DNA of 64,000 bases from Marinicella sp. GTDB taxonomy: Bacteria > Pseudomonadota > Gammaproteobacteria > Xanthomonadales > Marinicellaceae. Every line of letters begins with the position of its first letter. The stretch's first letter is position 1. The position numbers and the translations under genes are program-made. Shown one piece after another: positions 38,897 to 48,609 of this stretch. The notes beneath the pieces were generated by a model that worked only from the letters and a program-made list of their open reading frames with translations, was not told the origin of the DNA and searched no databases. The stretch covers positions 2,240,001-2,304,000 of the forward strand of contig OZ246001.1 in assembly GCA_965230295.1 (NCBI GenBank), given 5' to 3'.

Positions 38897-39722
38897 AAGT
38901 AAGCCAAATGTCGCAGGTTTCGATGACTTACTGCATCAGCTGGATCAAAGTGCTGATCACAGTCTGATGGTTCCGGCACAATGGGCCCAAGGCCGAACTG
39001 TATACGGAGGATTGACGGCTGCTTTGATATTTCATCGGATGCAGCAAATATCCCGGCAAAGTAACCCCACTGAGCACCGACCAATACGGTATCTTAATTT
39101 GAGTTTTATCGGACCGTTGATGGTTGACTCAAAAGTCACAGTTGATGTTAAGTTGTTGCGATCTGGTCGCAGTGCCACGCAATTGATGGCAGAGGTTAAA
39201 CAAGATGGAAAGACTGCGGTGATCGCTCAAGCCTGTTTTGGTGTTGATCGAGAATCGAAGATCAAGATAAAAAGTGTTGAACCCAGCACCATGGACCTGC
39301 CTCGAAAAGCCAACTTCCTCCCTCAAGTCCCCAAAGTGGTGCCCAAGTTCTTACAGCATTTTGACCTCAGTCTGCAAGCAGGTCGTCTACCATTTATGCA
39401 CAGCAAAAAATCACACTTGCAAGGTTGGATGCGGTTTAAAAATCCACTGAAGTCATTCAATGATGCACATTTGATTGGTTTGATTGATGCCTGGCCTTGT
39501 ACCGTGTTGCAGCAGTTGAAGCTACCGGCCGCTGCCAGTACCATGAGCTGGAACTTAGAGTTCCCTCAAACCGCCAATAGACCAGATGTCAATGAATGGT
39601 TGGCATACCAAGCTGAAACCGATCATGCTGCAGATGGCTACGTATTTACCGACGCCAAAGTGTGGAATGAACAAGGCCAATTGTTGGCCCTCAGCCGCCA
39701 AACGGTTGGCGTATTTGGGTGA
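38880..39722 (+). CDS. Acyl-CoA thioesterase (TesB-like double hotdog)
   Basis: WAQGRTVYGG, LRSGRS, DAWP, SRQTV. Confidence 0.88.
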   Translation: MISLLKSKPNVAGFDDLLHQLDQSADHSLMVPAQWAQGRTVYGGLTAALIFHRMQQISRQSNPTEHRPIRYLNLSFIGPLMVDSKVTVDVKLLRSGRSATQLMAEVKQDGKTAVIAQACFGVDRESKIKIKSVEPSTMDLPRKANFLPQVPKVVPKFLQHFDLSLQAGRLPFMHSKKSHLQGWMRFKNPLKSFNDAHLIGLIDAWPCTVLQQLKLPAAASTMSWNLEFPQTANRPDVNEWLAYQAETDHAADGYVFTDAKVWNEQGQLLALSRQTVGVFG

Positions 39723-39737
39723 GTGTGATCTCAGTGC

Positions 39738-41039
39738 TTATTTCACGAACCGCTTAAGTCCATTCGAGGTAAAGACATTGTCTTTGACTAACTTGGCGTC
39801 ATAGACATTGCTTTTGGGTGATTCATTTTGTAAACCCATCACGTGGTATTTCCTGGCAGTCAAGTCGTGGTAGGCATTGAAGACGGGAAAGGTGCCTGGC
39901 ATGTTGGGGTCTTGACGCAGGTATGACAAACTGACCCGAAACAGTTGGCCCTGTTTGTCATATTGGTCTGCGATCACTATGGACCAGGAATCGGCATCTA
40001 AATAAAAATCTCTTTGACTGTATACATGGCGCCATTCGTCTTTTAAGGTGGCACGTATCACCCATACACGGTGTAGTTCATATCGGGTGTGTTCAGGGTT
40101 GATGTGGCCGATATGTAAGATGTCTTTGTATGACAACGCTTTGTTTTCTAGTCGGTCATTGTTGTAAGGGATGTATAAGGTTCTGGGTTCTAGCAGCTGC
40201 CAATGGAATCGATCAGGTGAACCGTTCACCATATCGGTGTCATCTGCAGTGCGCATCCCGTTGGCTGTATTGATGGGCTGATCATAGGTGAAATTGGGGG
40301 CTCTGATGACCCGGCGCCTGCCTTTGTCCCATAGCCAGGCTGATCTGGCTTGTTCGATTTGATCAATGGGTTCAAGCACCAATCCGCCACTGCCAGAACG
40401 GGAGGCCGGTGCGGTGGTTTTTGAAATGGCAGAGAACAAACGGTTGGGGTTGGGATTGTTTTCAAGGTAGTGGTCATAACGAACTATAGATTCTCTGGTA
40501 GAAATCTGAAATTGACCTTTTTCATCTACATTGGCATCACTGGCAAAATTAACCAGCTGCAAACCACGCCATCTGGCCACATGATTGAAATAAACCTCAA
40601 GCGCACTTTGCGGTATTGGGAATGGTATCCCGCCAGAGGTATTCAACAGGCCAGTTTGATCGGTATTCAGTTCGGCAGTTGTGGCATTCTTTTGGGTGTT
40701 TTCATAAACCCAATCTGGTGCTTTGAAAGTGCGGTGGCTGGGGAAAACGGGCATTTGAAAGGTTTCAGGGTAGGTTTCAAACAACGCCATTTGACCAGCT
40801 GTTAAATGGTCTTGGTGTTGTAGATGGTTGTCATGAGTAATGGTGAATAGCGGGGCTTCGTCGGGATCAACAGCCGCCACATCTTGCCATTCTGGAATGG
40901 TACCGTCATCACCAGCTCGGGTCGCACCGAAAGGTGTCAACTGTTGGCCTAACTGTTTGGCTTGCTCAGGGCTGACTTTAGCCTGAGTCAGACCAATGAA
41001 GCCAACCATCAACCACAGGAATGATTTCACACCATTCAT
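39738..41039 (-). CDS. DUF1329-family exported protein
   Basis: LTPFGA.RAG, GIPFPIP, RRVIRAP, RYELHRVWVI. Confidence 0.88.
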   Translation of the reverse strand: MNGVKSFLWLMVGFIGLTQAKVSPEQAKQLGQQLTPFGATRAGDDGTIPEWQDVAAVDPDEAPLFTITHDNHLQHQDHLTAGQMALFETYPETFQMPVFPSHRTFKAPDWVYENTQKNATTAELNTDQTGLLNTSGGIPFPIPQSALEVYFNHVARWRGLQLVNFASDANVDEKGQFQISTRESIVRYDHYLENNPNPNRLFSAISKTTAPASRSGSGGLVLEPIDQIEQARSAWLWDKGRRRVIRAPNFTYDQPINTANGMRTADDTDMVNGSPDRFHWQLLEPRTLYIPYNNDRLENKALSYKDILHIGHINPEHTRYELHRVWVIRATLKDEWRHVYSQRDFYLDADSWSIVIADQYDKQGQLFRVSLSYLRQDPNMPGTFPVFNAYHDLTARKYHVMGLQNESPKSNVYDAKLVKDNVFTSNGLKRFVK

Positions 41040-41500
41040 ACTTTGCTCCTGTTCAAGCGCATTTCAATCAAGTGATTTTCAAACCCTGATTTTTCATAGG
41101 CCTTGATGGCTCGTGGGTTTTTGGCATACACATGCAAGATGACCTCTTCAATGTGTTGTTGATCAAACCAATGGGTGATGGATTCAATCAAGGCTTGGCT
41201 GACGCCTTGACCTCGATAGGCCCGGCGTACATACATAAAGCCGATGTAACCGAGGTGACTGGTTTGAAAGAATGGTTTGCGTGCCCTGATTTGACCATAG
41301 ACACTGCCGAGCAATTCGCCATCGACTTCAGCCACCAGCACTTCGGTGTCTTTGGCATCAAGGTATTCAGCGATGGGGTAGTAAGAGATCGGTTGATCTT
41401 GGATTAAAGTGGGATCCATCGGCCGTTCTGCGGCAATGATTTTTTGCTCAAAATCCAACAGGGTCGGCAAGTCTTCTTGAGTAGCGGTTCTGATGTGCAC
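41036..41500 (-). CDS. GNAT acetyltransferase
   Basis: MYVRRAYRGQGV, N.RAIKAYEKSGF. Confidence 0.9.
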   Translation of the reverse strand: MHIRTATQEDLPTLLDFEQKIIAAERPMDPTLIQDQPISYYPIAEYLDAKDTEVLVAEVDGELLGSVYGQIRARKPFFQTSHLGYIGFMYVRRAYRGQGVSQALIESITHWFDQQHIEEVILHVYAKNPRAIKAYEKSGFENHLIEMRLNRSKV

Positions 41501-41604
41501 GTTTGCTTATGGTTCGTTTGGACAGTAACCTATGATAAAACAATTTCAGCATATTTTCATGCTGATTGAATGGGTCTATTGGGCTGTTTTCTGTGTTGGC
41601 GAAG

Positions 41605-41626
41605 AAAAGGGGCACATGGCCCCTTT
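41605..41626 (-). terminator. Intrinsic terminator after the SDR gene
   Basis: AAAAGGGGC-ACATG-GCCCCTTT hairpin 17 nt past the stop. Confidence 0.7.
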
Positions 41627-41643
41627 GTGATCGAAATGATTGA

Positions 41644-42393
41644 TTATTCTGCTGCTGGTGCCTCAATGACATGGGCAGCATAGTCTTGATACGCGACTTC
41701 AAACTGTTTGGCCATGTTATCCGGAAAGACATGAAATTGACCGGTGGCCAATGCCTGAACAATGCCCGTGGCCACCACATCAGCCGGATCGGCTTCATCA
41801 AAGCCTGCTTGTTTGGCCATGTCGGTGGCGATGGGTCCGGGGTGTACGGACAACACCTGAATGCCTTGACCTGCCCAGGTATCTTTCATCCCTTGGGTCA
41901 GAGAATAAGCGGCTGCTTTTGAGGCTGAGTAAGTGGTGAAAGGAGCAAAGTTTTTGATCGAAGCCACTGAATTCAACTGTACAAAAGCTGCTTTAGGCTG
42001 TTTGGCCAATATCGGTTCATAGGCTTGAGCCATTCGCAACAAGCCCAGGGTATTGATGTTGTATTCATAATTCAAAGCCGCCTCAGCACCGGGGTCATGT
42101 GCATCAGCCGCTTTGAGTACACCCGCATTGTTCACCACCACTTCAGCGTCTGGTGTTTGGGCTGCCAATTGTTTGATTGATTCGGCATCTGCCACATCAA
42201 CTTGTACGGCAGCCACTCGTTCGCCGTATTTGGCTTCCAAGGGTTTGACTGACTCAAGATTGCGTACTGCCAAATACACTTTTTTAGCGCCTGCATTTAA
42301 AAATGTTTCTGTGATGGATAAGCCTATGCCTCGGTTAGCTCCTGTTACAACAGCCGTTTTGTCTTTGATGTTTATGTTTAATTGTTGGTTCAT
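41644..42393 (-). CDS. SDR-family oxidoreductase
   Basis: TGANRGIG, NNAG, YSASK, HPGPIATDM; start moved to 42393. Confidence 0.92.
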   Translation of the reverse strand: MNQQLNINIKDKTAVVTGANRGIGLSITETFLNAGAKKVYLAVRNLESVKPLEAKYGERVAAVQVDVADAESIKQLAAQTPDAEVVVNNAGVLKAADAHDPGAEAALNYEYNINTLGLLRMAQAYEPILAKQPKAAFVQLNSVASIKNFAPFTTYSASKAAAYSLTQGMKDTWAGQGIQVLSVHPGPIATDMAKQAGFDEADPADVVATGIVQALATGQFHVFPDNMAKQFEVAYQDYAAHVIEAPAAE

Positions 42394-42504
42394 TGTTATG
42401 TCCTGTTTTGGTTTGATTATGCCGCTCCTTTTGGGATCCGGCTTGTCATCCTGGTTGGTTAAGCGCAGCCTAATCAGCAAGGTGGTCTTGTTAATTTAAT
42501 TTTG

Positions 42505-42544
42505 TACCGTTCGGTATGTTTGCAATTCTATACTGATCGGTATA
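42505..42544. promoter_or_regulatory. Two TetR-type operators
   Basis: TACCG-TT-CGGTA (42505-42516) and TATACTGATCGGTATA (42529-42544) between divergent SDR and tetR. Confidence 0.65.
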
Positions 42545-42586
42545 AAATGGTCAAGAAATTTTTGAAATGATTGATGAGGCAACTCA

Positions 42587-43198
42587 ATGGCCGGTGGCAG
42601 ACAACGCAGTTTTGATAAACAACAAGCTTTAGAACAAGCCATGCGGGTGTTTTGGCAAAAAGGCTTTGTCGGTGCTTCTTTGATGGACCTGACTGAAAGC
42701 ATGGGCATCAACAAACCCAGCATGTATGCTGCTTTTGGCAACAAAGAACAGTTGTTTATACAGGCCACGAAAAACTATATGGACAACTATGCTTCAGGGC
42801 ATGCGGCGTTTTTAGCACAGCATGAAACCCCCTTATCGACCCGTTTAAAAAATTACCTCATGTCAGCGATCGCTTCTCAGTGTGGTAAGGATGGTCCCAA
42901 AGGTTGTTACTTATCGGTTTGTGTCACCGAATCAGCCAGTGAAGACATGCCAGCCAAAGCCCATGCCACCATTGAACGTGCCAAAGTACAGGCTGAAGTA
43001 TTGTTAACCAATTTTTTTACCCTAGCACAGCAACAACAAGAACTCTCAACTGATCATGATGCAGGCCAATTGGCGCAATATTTTGTGACCTTGCTACACG
43101 GGACAGCAGCCATGGCCAGGGCAGAAAAGAGTTTGGCCGAGTTAGAACAAACCATTGATTTGGCACTGAACATCATTAAACCAACAGCCACACACTGA
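42587..43198 (+). CDS. TetR/AcrR-family regulator
   Basis: GRQRSFD...FWQKGF...GINKPSMYAAFGNKEQLF. Confidence 0.95.
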   Translation: MAGGRQRSFDKQQALEQAMRVFWQKGFVGASLMDLTESMGINKPSMYAAFGNKEQLFIQATKNYMDNYASGHAAFLAQHETPLSTRLKNYLMSAIASQCGKDGPKGCYLSVCVTESASEDMPAKAHATIERAKVQAEVLLTNFFTLAQQQQELSTDHDAGQLAQYFVTLLHGTAAMARAEKSLAELEQTIDLALNIIKPTATH

Positions 43199-43212
43199 AA
43201 CAGGAATCAAGA

Positions 43213-43707
43213 ATGGGATTATTAAAAGGTTTAAGAAGCGCCACTCAGGCCAGTAAATTAAAACGCATGTTGAATTGGTATGGCCCCTACCTGGGAGCAG
43301 GGGTTAAAGTGGAATACCTGGCCGATGATTGGCGAGAATTGCGTGTGGCCATGCATATGAAGTGGTTCAATCGCAATGCGGTGGGTACACACTTCGGCGG
43401 ATCGCTGTATTCAATGGTTGACCCTCATTTTATGTTGATGTTGATGAAGATTTTGGGCCGAAACTACATTGTGTGGGACAAAGCGGCCCACATTGAATTC
43501 ATCAAACCAGGCACAGGCACGGTTCGTGCCACCATGAAAATCACTGAAGAGATACTCAATGACATTTATGAAAAGACTGAAAATGGAGCTAAATATTTAC
43601 CAGAATTCGAGGTGGACATCATGGATGAAACTGGTGACTTGGTGGCCCGAGCGGTGAAAACCCTTTATGTCAGAGAGAAACGTAAAACCAAACCGAACAA
43701 TGAATAA
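43213..43707 (+). CDS. DUF4442 / PaaI-like hotdog protein
   Basis: NRNAVGTHFGGSLYSMVDP, VWDKAA.IEF.KPG. Confidence 0.85.
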   Translation: MGLLKGLRSATQASKLKRMLNWYGPYLGAGVKVEYLADDWRELRVAMHMKWFNRNAVGTHFGGSLYSMVDPHFMLMLMKILGRNYIVWDKAAHIEFIKPGTGTVRATMKITEEILNDIYEKTENGAKYLPEFEVDIMDETGDLVARAVKTLYVREKRKTKPNNE

Positions 43708-43772
43708 AGACACACCCATAAGTAAGCCTTAACTCATAAAATTCAAATCATTGCAACTGTGGCATTGAACTA

Positions 43773-44040
43773 GGGCCTGTTAACACTAAATAAATGACGA
43801 CTGTTATGACTGAAAACATCACTATCAAGGCGCGAATCGCGTGATTTGGCATGCCAATTGAGTGATGAGCAACGCAGGGTGTGGTGTTTTCAGCCTTAAC
43901 CCATCGGGCTGGACCGTATTTTCCACCCACCGGCCTTAGCCAATCGTTCATGTGGAGTGACCACATATCACGATGGGTGGGCGTTGTTGGCTGAAAAATA
44001 CGGTTTCAGCAGTGGCCATTTATTTAGTGTTAACAGGCCC
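43773..44040. mobile_element. MITE, 268 bp, non-autonomous
   Basis: Perfect 24-bp TIRs GGGCCTGTTAACACTAAATAAATG / CATTTATTTAGTGTTAACAGGCCC, TA on both flanks, internal hairpins, no transposase. Confidence 0.9.
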
Positions 44041-44143
44041 TAAGCCAATCATACCGACCGTTGGTCGCCATTTTTATGCCATTGAGACCAGAAGTGGGTT
44101 TGAAAGGCTTTGCAGAGTGCCCAGTTGTCGCTAGAATTATTTC

Positions 44144-44599
44144 ATGGCCAAACACAACGACATCACCATCATCATTGAGGGAAAAACCCATCATTTCAAC
44201 CAGGGTGATACAGAATCATTCAAATCGTTGCCTTGGAGTGAGCGCAAACAATTGATTGAATTGCTGGAAGGCATCAAACAAGCCGAGTACATCAAACAAC
44301 CAGCGGGACCTCAGGTTGATGACACTCGCGAAAAAGAGTCGGTAAGCCGCACCATCAATGGTTCGGCGGTTCAAGCAGGTTTAGACCCCAATCCAATCAA
44401 TCACCAACAAGCTGGCAATCCTGCCGATGCTGGTTTTGATGCATCGGTAAAGAAGAGCGACAAGGATGTTGATGATTTGATGCAACGCTTGATCATCCAG
44501 GAAAAGCAGCACCACAAGCCCATTCCGGACAAGTCAACAGTGATGAAGTTATTGGTTGGAATGTTTGTGGTGATCTTTGTCTTGGCGGTTATGTTTTAA
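44144..44599 (+). CDS. Hypothetical tail-anchored membrane protein
   Basis: 151 aa, low-complexity middle, C-terminal TM. Confidence 0.65.
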   Translation: MAKHNDITIIIEGKTHHFNQGDTESFKSLPWSERKQLIELLEGIKQAEYIKQPAGPQVDDTREKESVSRTINGSAVQAGLDPNPINHQQAGNPADAGFDASVKKSDKDVDDLMQRLIIQEKQHHKPIPDKSTVMKLLVGMFVVIFVLAVMF

Positions 44600-44693
44600 G
44601 CAGATCCGTTTCTTTAAACTAAGCCCTTGAAACTTAATGCAATTCATGTAACTTGTTGAATAAGGCCGGCCTGTATATAATCATTGCTTTTGT

Positions 44694-45581
44694 TTGACTG
44701 ACAATTTACCCATGCCCTTGAAACTGGGACCTTACGAGGCCGATCTCACCACTCAGAAAGTAACGCGCCATGGCCAGCCGGTTAAATGGGGTGACAAAGC
44801 ATCTGTGTTGTTCATCCAGTTGCTCAGTGAAGCGCCCAAAACCATCTCCAAAGAAGACATTTTTGCGCATGTGTGGAAAGGGCGGGTGGTCACAGAAAAC
44901 TCGCTTTATAAAATCATCAGTAAGCTGCGGCAAGCTTTGAATGCCGATGACATCGAAGTGGAGTCGGTGTTTGGAGAAGGGTATCGAATCGTCAGCAATG
45001 AACCTGTTTCAACCAGCAGCCATCAGCAGAGTCGAACAAAAATAAAAACTTGGGTGATGGTAGGCATGTTGTCACTGTTTGCCCTGAGTTATGTCATGTA
45101 CCACCAAGTGAAAAAACAGCGCTTGTATGGCAACATGCAATCATTACAGCAAGTGATGGCCGTCACCAAACAAGCCTTCATCAGCCAAGTCTATCGCCGC
45201 AACGAGCTGGGTGAATTGTTGGCACAAAGGTTTGAACTCAAACAAGAAGATTCATGGGAGAAACGGTTTTATAACCTGTATGATCAAATGAATGAAGCGG
45301 AACGTTTTTTGTGTCAACAAACCAGGGCTTACACCGAAGGACCTTTGTTTGAAAACAACAGGGCCGCCTTGCAATTGATGTTGGACCATGCAGCAATCGT
45401 TGAAGAGTTACCTTTGGCTCAGGATTTGATCACCCATTTGACCATTTGGCTGAATAAATATGAACGGGTGTTTAAAGGTTCTGAAAGAATGTGTTTGTTG
45501 TATGTTGGCGTAGAAGATGGTGCTGCTTTTCCGTCTGGGTTTGACGAACAACTTGCTGACTGGTTAACAGCCAATCAATGA
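44694..45581 (+). CDS. CadC/ToxR-like membrane-bound transcriptional regulator
   Basis: Winged helix (VWKGRVVTENSLYKIISKLRQAL...GEGYR), one TM, extracytoplasmic helical domain. Confidence 0.8.
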   Translation: MTDNLPMPLKLGPYEADLTTQKVTRHGQPVKWGDKASVLFIQLLSEAPKTISKEDIFAHVWKGRVVTENSLYKIISKLRQALNADDIEVESVFGEGYRIVSNEPVSTSSHQQSRTKIKTWVMVGMLSLFALSYVMYHQVKKQRLYGNMQSLQQVMAVTKQAFISQVYRRNELGELLAQRFELKQEDSWEKRFYNLYDQMNEAERFLCQQTRAYTEGPLFENNRAALQLMLDHAAIVEELPLAQDLITHLTIWLNKYERVFKGSERMCLLYVGVEDGAAFPSGFDEQLADWLTANQ

Positions 45582-45625
45582 GCCACAAAGCCAGTTGGGA
45601 GCCGGCCTTGTGGTGTGCTCTGAAC

Positions 45626-46360
45626 TCAAGGCTTCCTGTGGGTGCAAAAATTAAACGCCAACAGCAAGATCATTAACCCTGACAAAACCAACATGCCAGT
45701 CAAGCTTAATCCGGGCACAGCCGTTGGGGTACCTTGAGGTCCTGCCGGACCCACATTGATGCTGTCGATGGCAATCATGTTGCCATTGAATGGACTTTGT
45801 GACACCGATTCAACAAAATAAACAAATGCCAATTGGCCAGAACCATTGACTGAAGCGTTGAATGGTGTCCATTGATCTGGATACCCCCCAGGCTGAAGGG
45901 TTGGATTCACTGCCAATACCAAATCATAATCACCCAAGTTGTAACCACCCGAACGGGTCGGATCGGTGAAAACACAGGGTCCCGTTTGTGGGTTATTTTC
46001 CTCGCTGTAGACCAACAGCAATCGATCGGCTGCCACTGAATTGGTTTCGGTTCGTGTATAAAAACTGAACTGTTCAACAAAACCCAGATCTGGTAGCATC
46101 ACCCAATCACACAAGACATTGCCGCCGGTTTGACCCACGCCACCCAAAAGATAGGAGTTGACAGGTCCTTCATGTGCTGGGAAAAACTGATCGAATCCTT
46201 GGCTCCAGAACGCATCGCCAATCAGATCAGACCGATTTTCAAATACCCAGCCATTGCCAGGTAATTGGTTGATGTTTTCAAAGCCTTCGGAAAATCCACC
46301 TGCCCTGACAAATGGTGAACTCAATAAGATGATCAAAGCCATCACAGTGTTGTTATTCAT
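45626..46360 (-). CDS. Secreted protein with choice-of-anchor J-like domain and IPTL-CTERM-like tail
   Basis: GGAGGA RBS, signal peptide, FSEGFE...GW, FSFYTRT...DRL, GYPDQWT; tail VPGLSLTGMLVLSGLMILLL...HRK. Confidence 0.7.
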   Translation of the reverse strand: MNNNTVMALIILLSSPFVRAGGFSEGFENINQLPGNGWVFENRSDLIGDAFWSQGFDQFFPAHEGPVNSYLLGGVGQTGGNVLCDWVMLPDLGFVEQFSFYTRTETNSVAADRLLLVYSEENNPQTGPCVFTDPTRSGGYNLGDYDLVLAVNPTLQPGGYPDQWTPFNASVNGSGQLAFVYFVESVSQSPFNGNMIAIDSINVGPAGPQGTPTAVPGLSLTGMLVLSGLMILLLAFNFCTHRKP

Positions 46361-46478
46361 GGTTTCCTCCAATAATGTTAACCATGAAAAGATTAAAACC
46401 AACAGGCAGAATCAGTTACTGAAAAGTTCTGAACAATTCTGCCTGGTAGTGAATGTCATCTGTTTTTCAGCCCTGGTT

Positions 46479-48314
46479 TTACAAAAATTCAATCTGCCAG
46501 GAATTGATGTATCCGGTATCTTGGTTGTAAATGTCCACCACCTTCAATTGCCAGGTTCCGTTGGCGGCCGTGCTGCCTTGGTTGGTGGTTTTAGATTCGT
46601 CCAGGTTGTTGGTGCCACCACCACTGGGGTTGCGCAAAGTGGTGATGTTGCCATTGGGTGCAACCAGCTGAACCCTTAAATCGCCTCGATAGGTATGGAT
46701 GATGTTGTAACTGATGCGCATGCTTCCGGCATTGCCCGATAAGCTGACATTGATCGGACTGCTGGCGCCAATGGGGTTGTTGTCGGGGATGTTGTAATTG
46801 CTGTTATTGGTGTATATCAATTGTTCTGAGGTTGCATAATCGGCCACCAAACTGGCACCACTGAAACTGGCATATGCATGGATCATGACATGGTAAGTAC
46901 CCGCTTGAATGTTGCTGATGTGACATGTTTCATTGTTACTGGAGTTCCATGAACGGCAATCATAGTTGCTGGTGGTTGGTTGAGTGCCACGTCGGACATA
47001 TAAATCGGCATCACCTGAGCCACCACTGAGGGAGAAGCTGAGCGAGGTGGCAGATGCTGGCACTTCGATGGTGAAAAACTGCTGATTGTTGGTGGTGCCT
47101 GACAAGTTTGAAATTGGTGAGCCATTGATCAGGACATGGTTTGAATTGCCCATGGTGGCTGATACGGTGCTGCCATTGGCCGATTCATTGGCGGCCTGGT
47201 CTTCTGCTGTCACGTAGTAATAATAGGTGTTGCCTGCACTGACATTGGTGTCGGTGAAGTTAGAAAATGTCAACAAACTGGCATTCAACGGGTTGAAGTT
47301 GTTGCTGTTGTTGACGGATCGATAAATGGTGTAACCGGCCAAGTCAGTTTCATCGTTGTTGTACCAGTCCACATAGATTGAATTGTTATTGGCTGTGGCA
47401 CTGAGGTTGGTTACAGGCACAGGAGGGGTGGTGTCAGAACCGCCGCCTTCACAAACCAATTCAAACACACAAGTGACCCAGTTTGGATTATCGATGAAGG
47501 GGTTGCGGTTGCCTTGGGCAGCAGCCACGGCTTCATTGTGTTGGTGTTCATAAATATCCACCGGATCATTTTGATGCCAAACCAACAAGACAGACAATAA
47601 ACCCATATAGGCAACAGCTTCATTGTTACCGGTACTGGAAGCATTGATGAGGTTGATATCGTCAGTGAGGATTAAATCAGGCTCACTGAATCCGGAGACC
47701 CCATGGGTGCCACCTGCGTACCTGACATCCATATAAAACATGGCCCGGGCGATGTCTCCCTGGCGGCCTGACCAAACATCCCAAATACCTGACTTGGTTA
47801 AGTTAGATTGTCCAGGGCCACCGCGGTTGTTATTGATGTCTGTGGTCCTTTCTGAGCAACCATTGACACAAACATCGAACGGTTTGTTGCTGCGAGAAGA
47901 ATTGTATGAGCTGTTGGCGATGAACAAGTGATGCATGTCGGTGTAAGGGTAATTGCTGCTGCCATCATCTGGAAAGCCATAGGACTTGGGCCAGGAGTGC
48001 TCCCGATTGTAGCTGTTGTTGCCGCCACCCACCTTGGTGTTGGCTGAATTTTTATAAATGGTGATCACCTGATTGCTGTTGTCCACATTTTCCCCGGCAA
48101 GTTCCAGTACATCCCAAGTATCGGTAGCAGAGGATGTATAGGGGATGCGGGTGTGGTCATCAATGATGTCATGCAAAGAATTCCGCAGTGAAGAAGGTGA
48201 AGAGGCATCGACTGTGGCATAATAATTTGGATCAGCCTGAGCCAGCAATTGATGGGGAAGGACTGATAGGCAGGCGCAAGCAAGTGCACCCATGATTGAC
48301 TTGTGTTTGTACAT
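46479..48314 (-). CDS. Secreted endonuclease I-family nuclease with Fn3, PPC and P (proprotein-convertase) domains
   Basis: NREHSWPKS, TDMHHL, GDIARAMFYM.VRY, QGNRNPFID; GSGDADLYV (PPC); HTYRGDL...GTWQL (P domain). Confidence 0.9.
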   Translation of the reverse strand: MYKHKSIMGALACACLSVLPHQLLAQADPNYYATVDASSPSSLRNSLHDIIDDHTRIPYTSSATDTWDVLELAGENVDNSNQVITIYKNSANTKVGGGNNSYNREHSWPKSYGFPDDGSSNYPYTDMHHLFIANSSYNSSRSNKPFDVCVNGCSERTTDINNNRGGPGQSNLTKSGIWDVWSGRQGDIARAMFYMDVRYAGGTHGVSGFSEPDLILTDDINLINASSTGNNEAVAYMGLLSVLLVWHQNDPVDIYEHQHNEAVAAAQGNRNPFIDNPNWVTCVFELVCEGGGSDTTPPVPVTNLSATANNNSIYVDWYNNDETDLAGYTIYRSVNNSNNFNPLNASLLTFSNFTDTNVSAGNTYYYYVTAEDQAANESANGSTVSATMGNSNHVLINGSPISNLSGTTNNQQFFTIEVPASATSLSFSLSGGSGDADLYVRRGTQPTTSNYDCRSWNSSNNETCHISNIQAGTYHVMIHAYASFSGASLVADYATSEQLIYTNNSNYNIPDNNPIGASSPINVSLSGNAGSMRISYNIIHTYRGDLRVQLVAPNGNITTLRNPSGGGTNNLDESKTTNQGSTAANGTWQLKVVDIYNQDTGYINSWQIEFL

Positions 48315-48375
48315 GATTTACTCCCAATTTTTTGTCATGGTTGATGTATTTAAAATATTGATATCAACCACCTAC

Positions 48376-48431
48376 AACTTATCAGGGGTGTATGACCCAG
48401 TCATGAAGCTGTTATGACGATTCAATGAACA
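48376..48431 (-). promoter_or_regulatory. Pho-box array (4 units) plus -10 element for the nuclease gene
   Basis: Minus strand gttcattgaat/cgtcataacag/cttcatgactg/ggtcatacacc: TCAT cores at exact 11-bp period; TAAGTT 10 nt after the last core. Confidence 0.7.
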
Positions 48432-48555
48432 CATCACCGCAATCACATCCTGGTGTCATCAAACGTGCCATTATTCGGCATCTTTATGACGTCGCACAAT
48501 CTGGTGCTGATTGATTATAAACAGAAAGTGGTGTTTGGATTCATTACTCAGTTCA

Positions 48556-48596
48556 CAAAAACAGCGAAGCGAACCCGGGAACGCTTCAGTATTTTT
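48556..48596 (-). terminator. Probable terminator after the FG-GAP gene
   Basis: GAAGCG-N10-CGCTTC stem with flanking A/T runs, just past the stop at 48610. Confidence 0.45.
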
Positions 48597-48609
48597 CACA
48601 ACAAGTGCG

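Noticed and set aside
43748-43966. 72-aa ORF inside the MITE as a transposase remnant
   Set aside because: No DDE or HTH motif visible.
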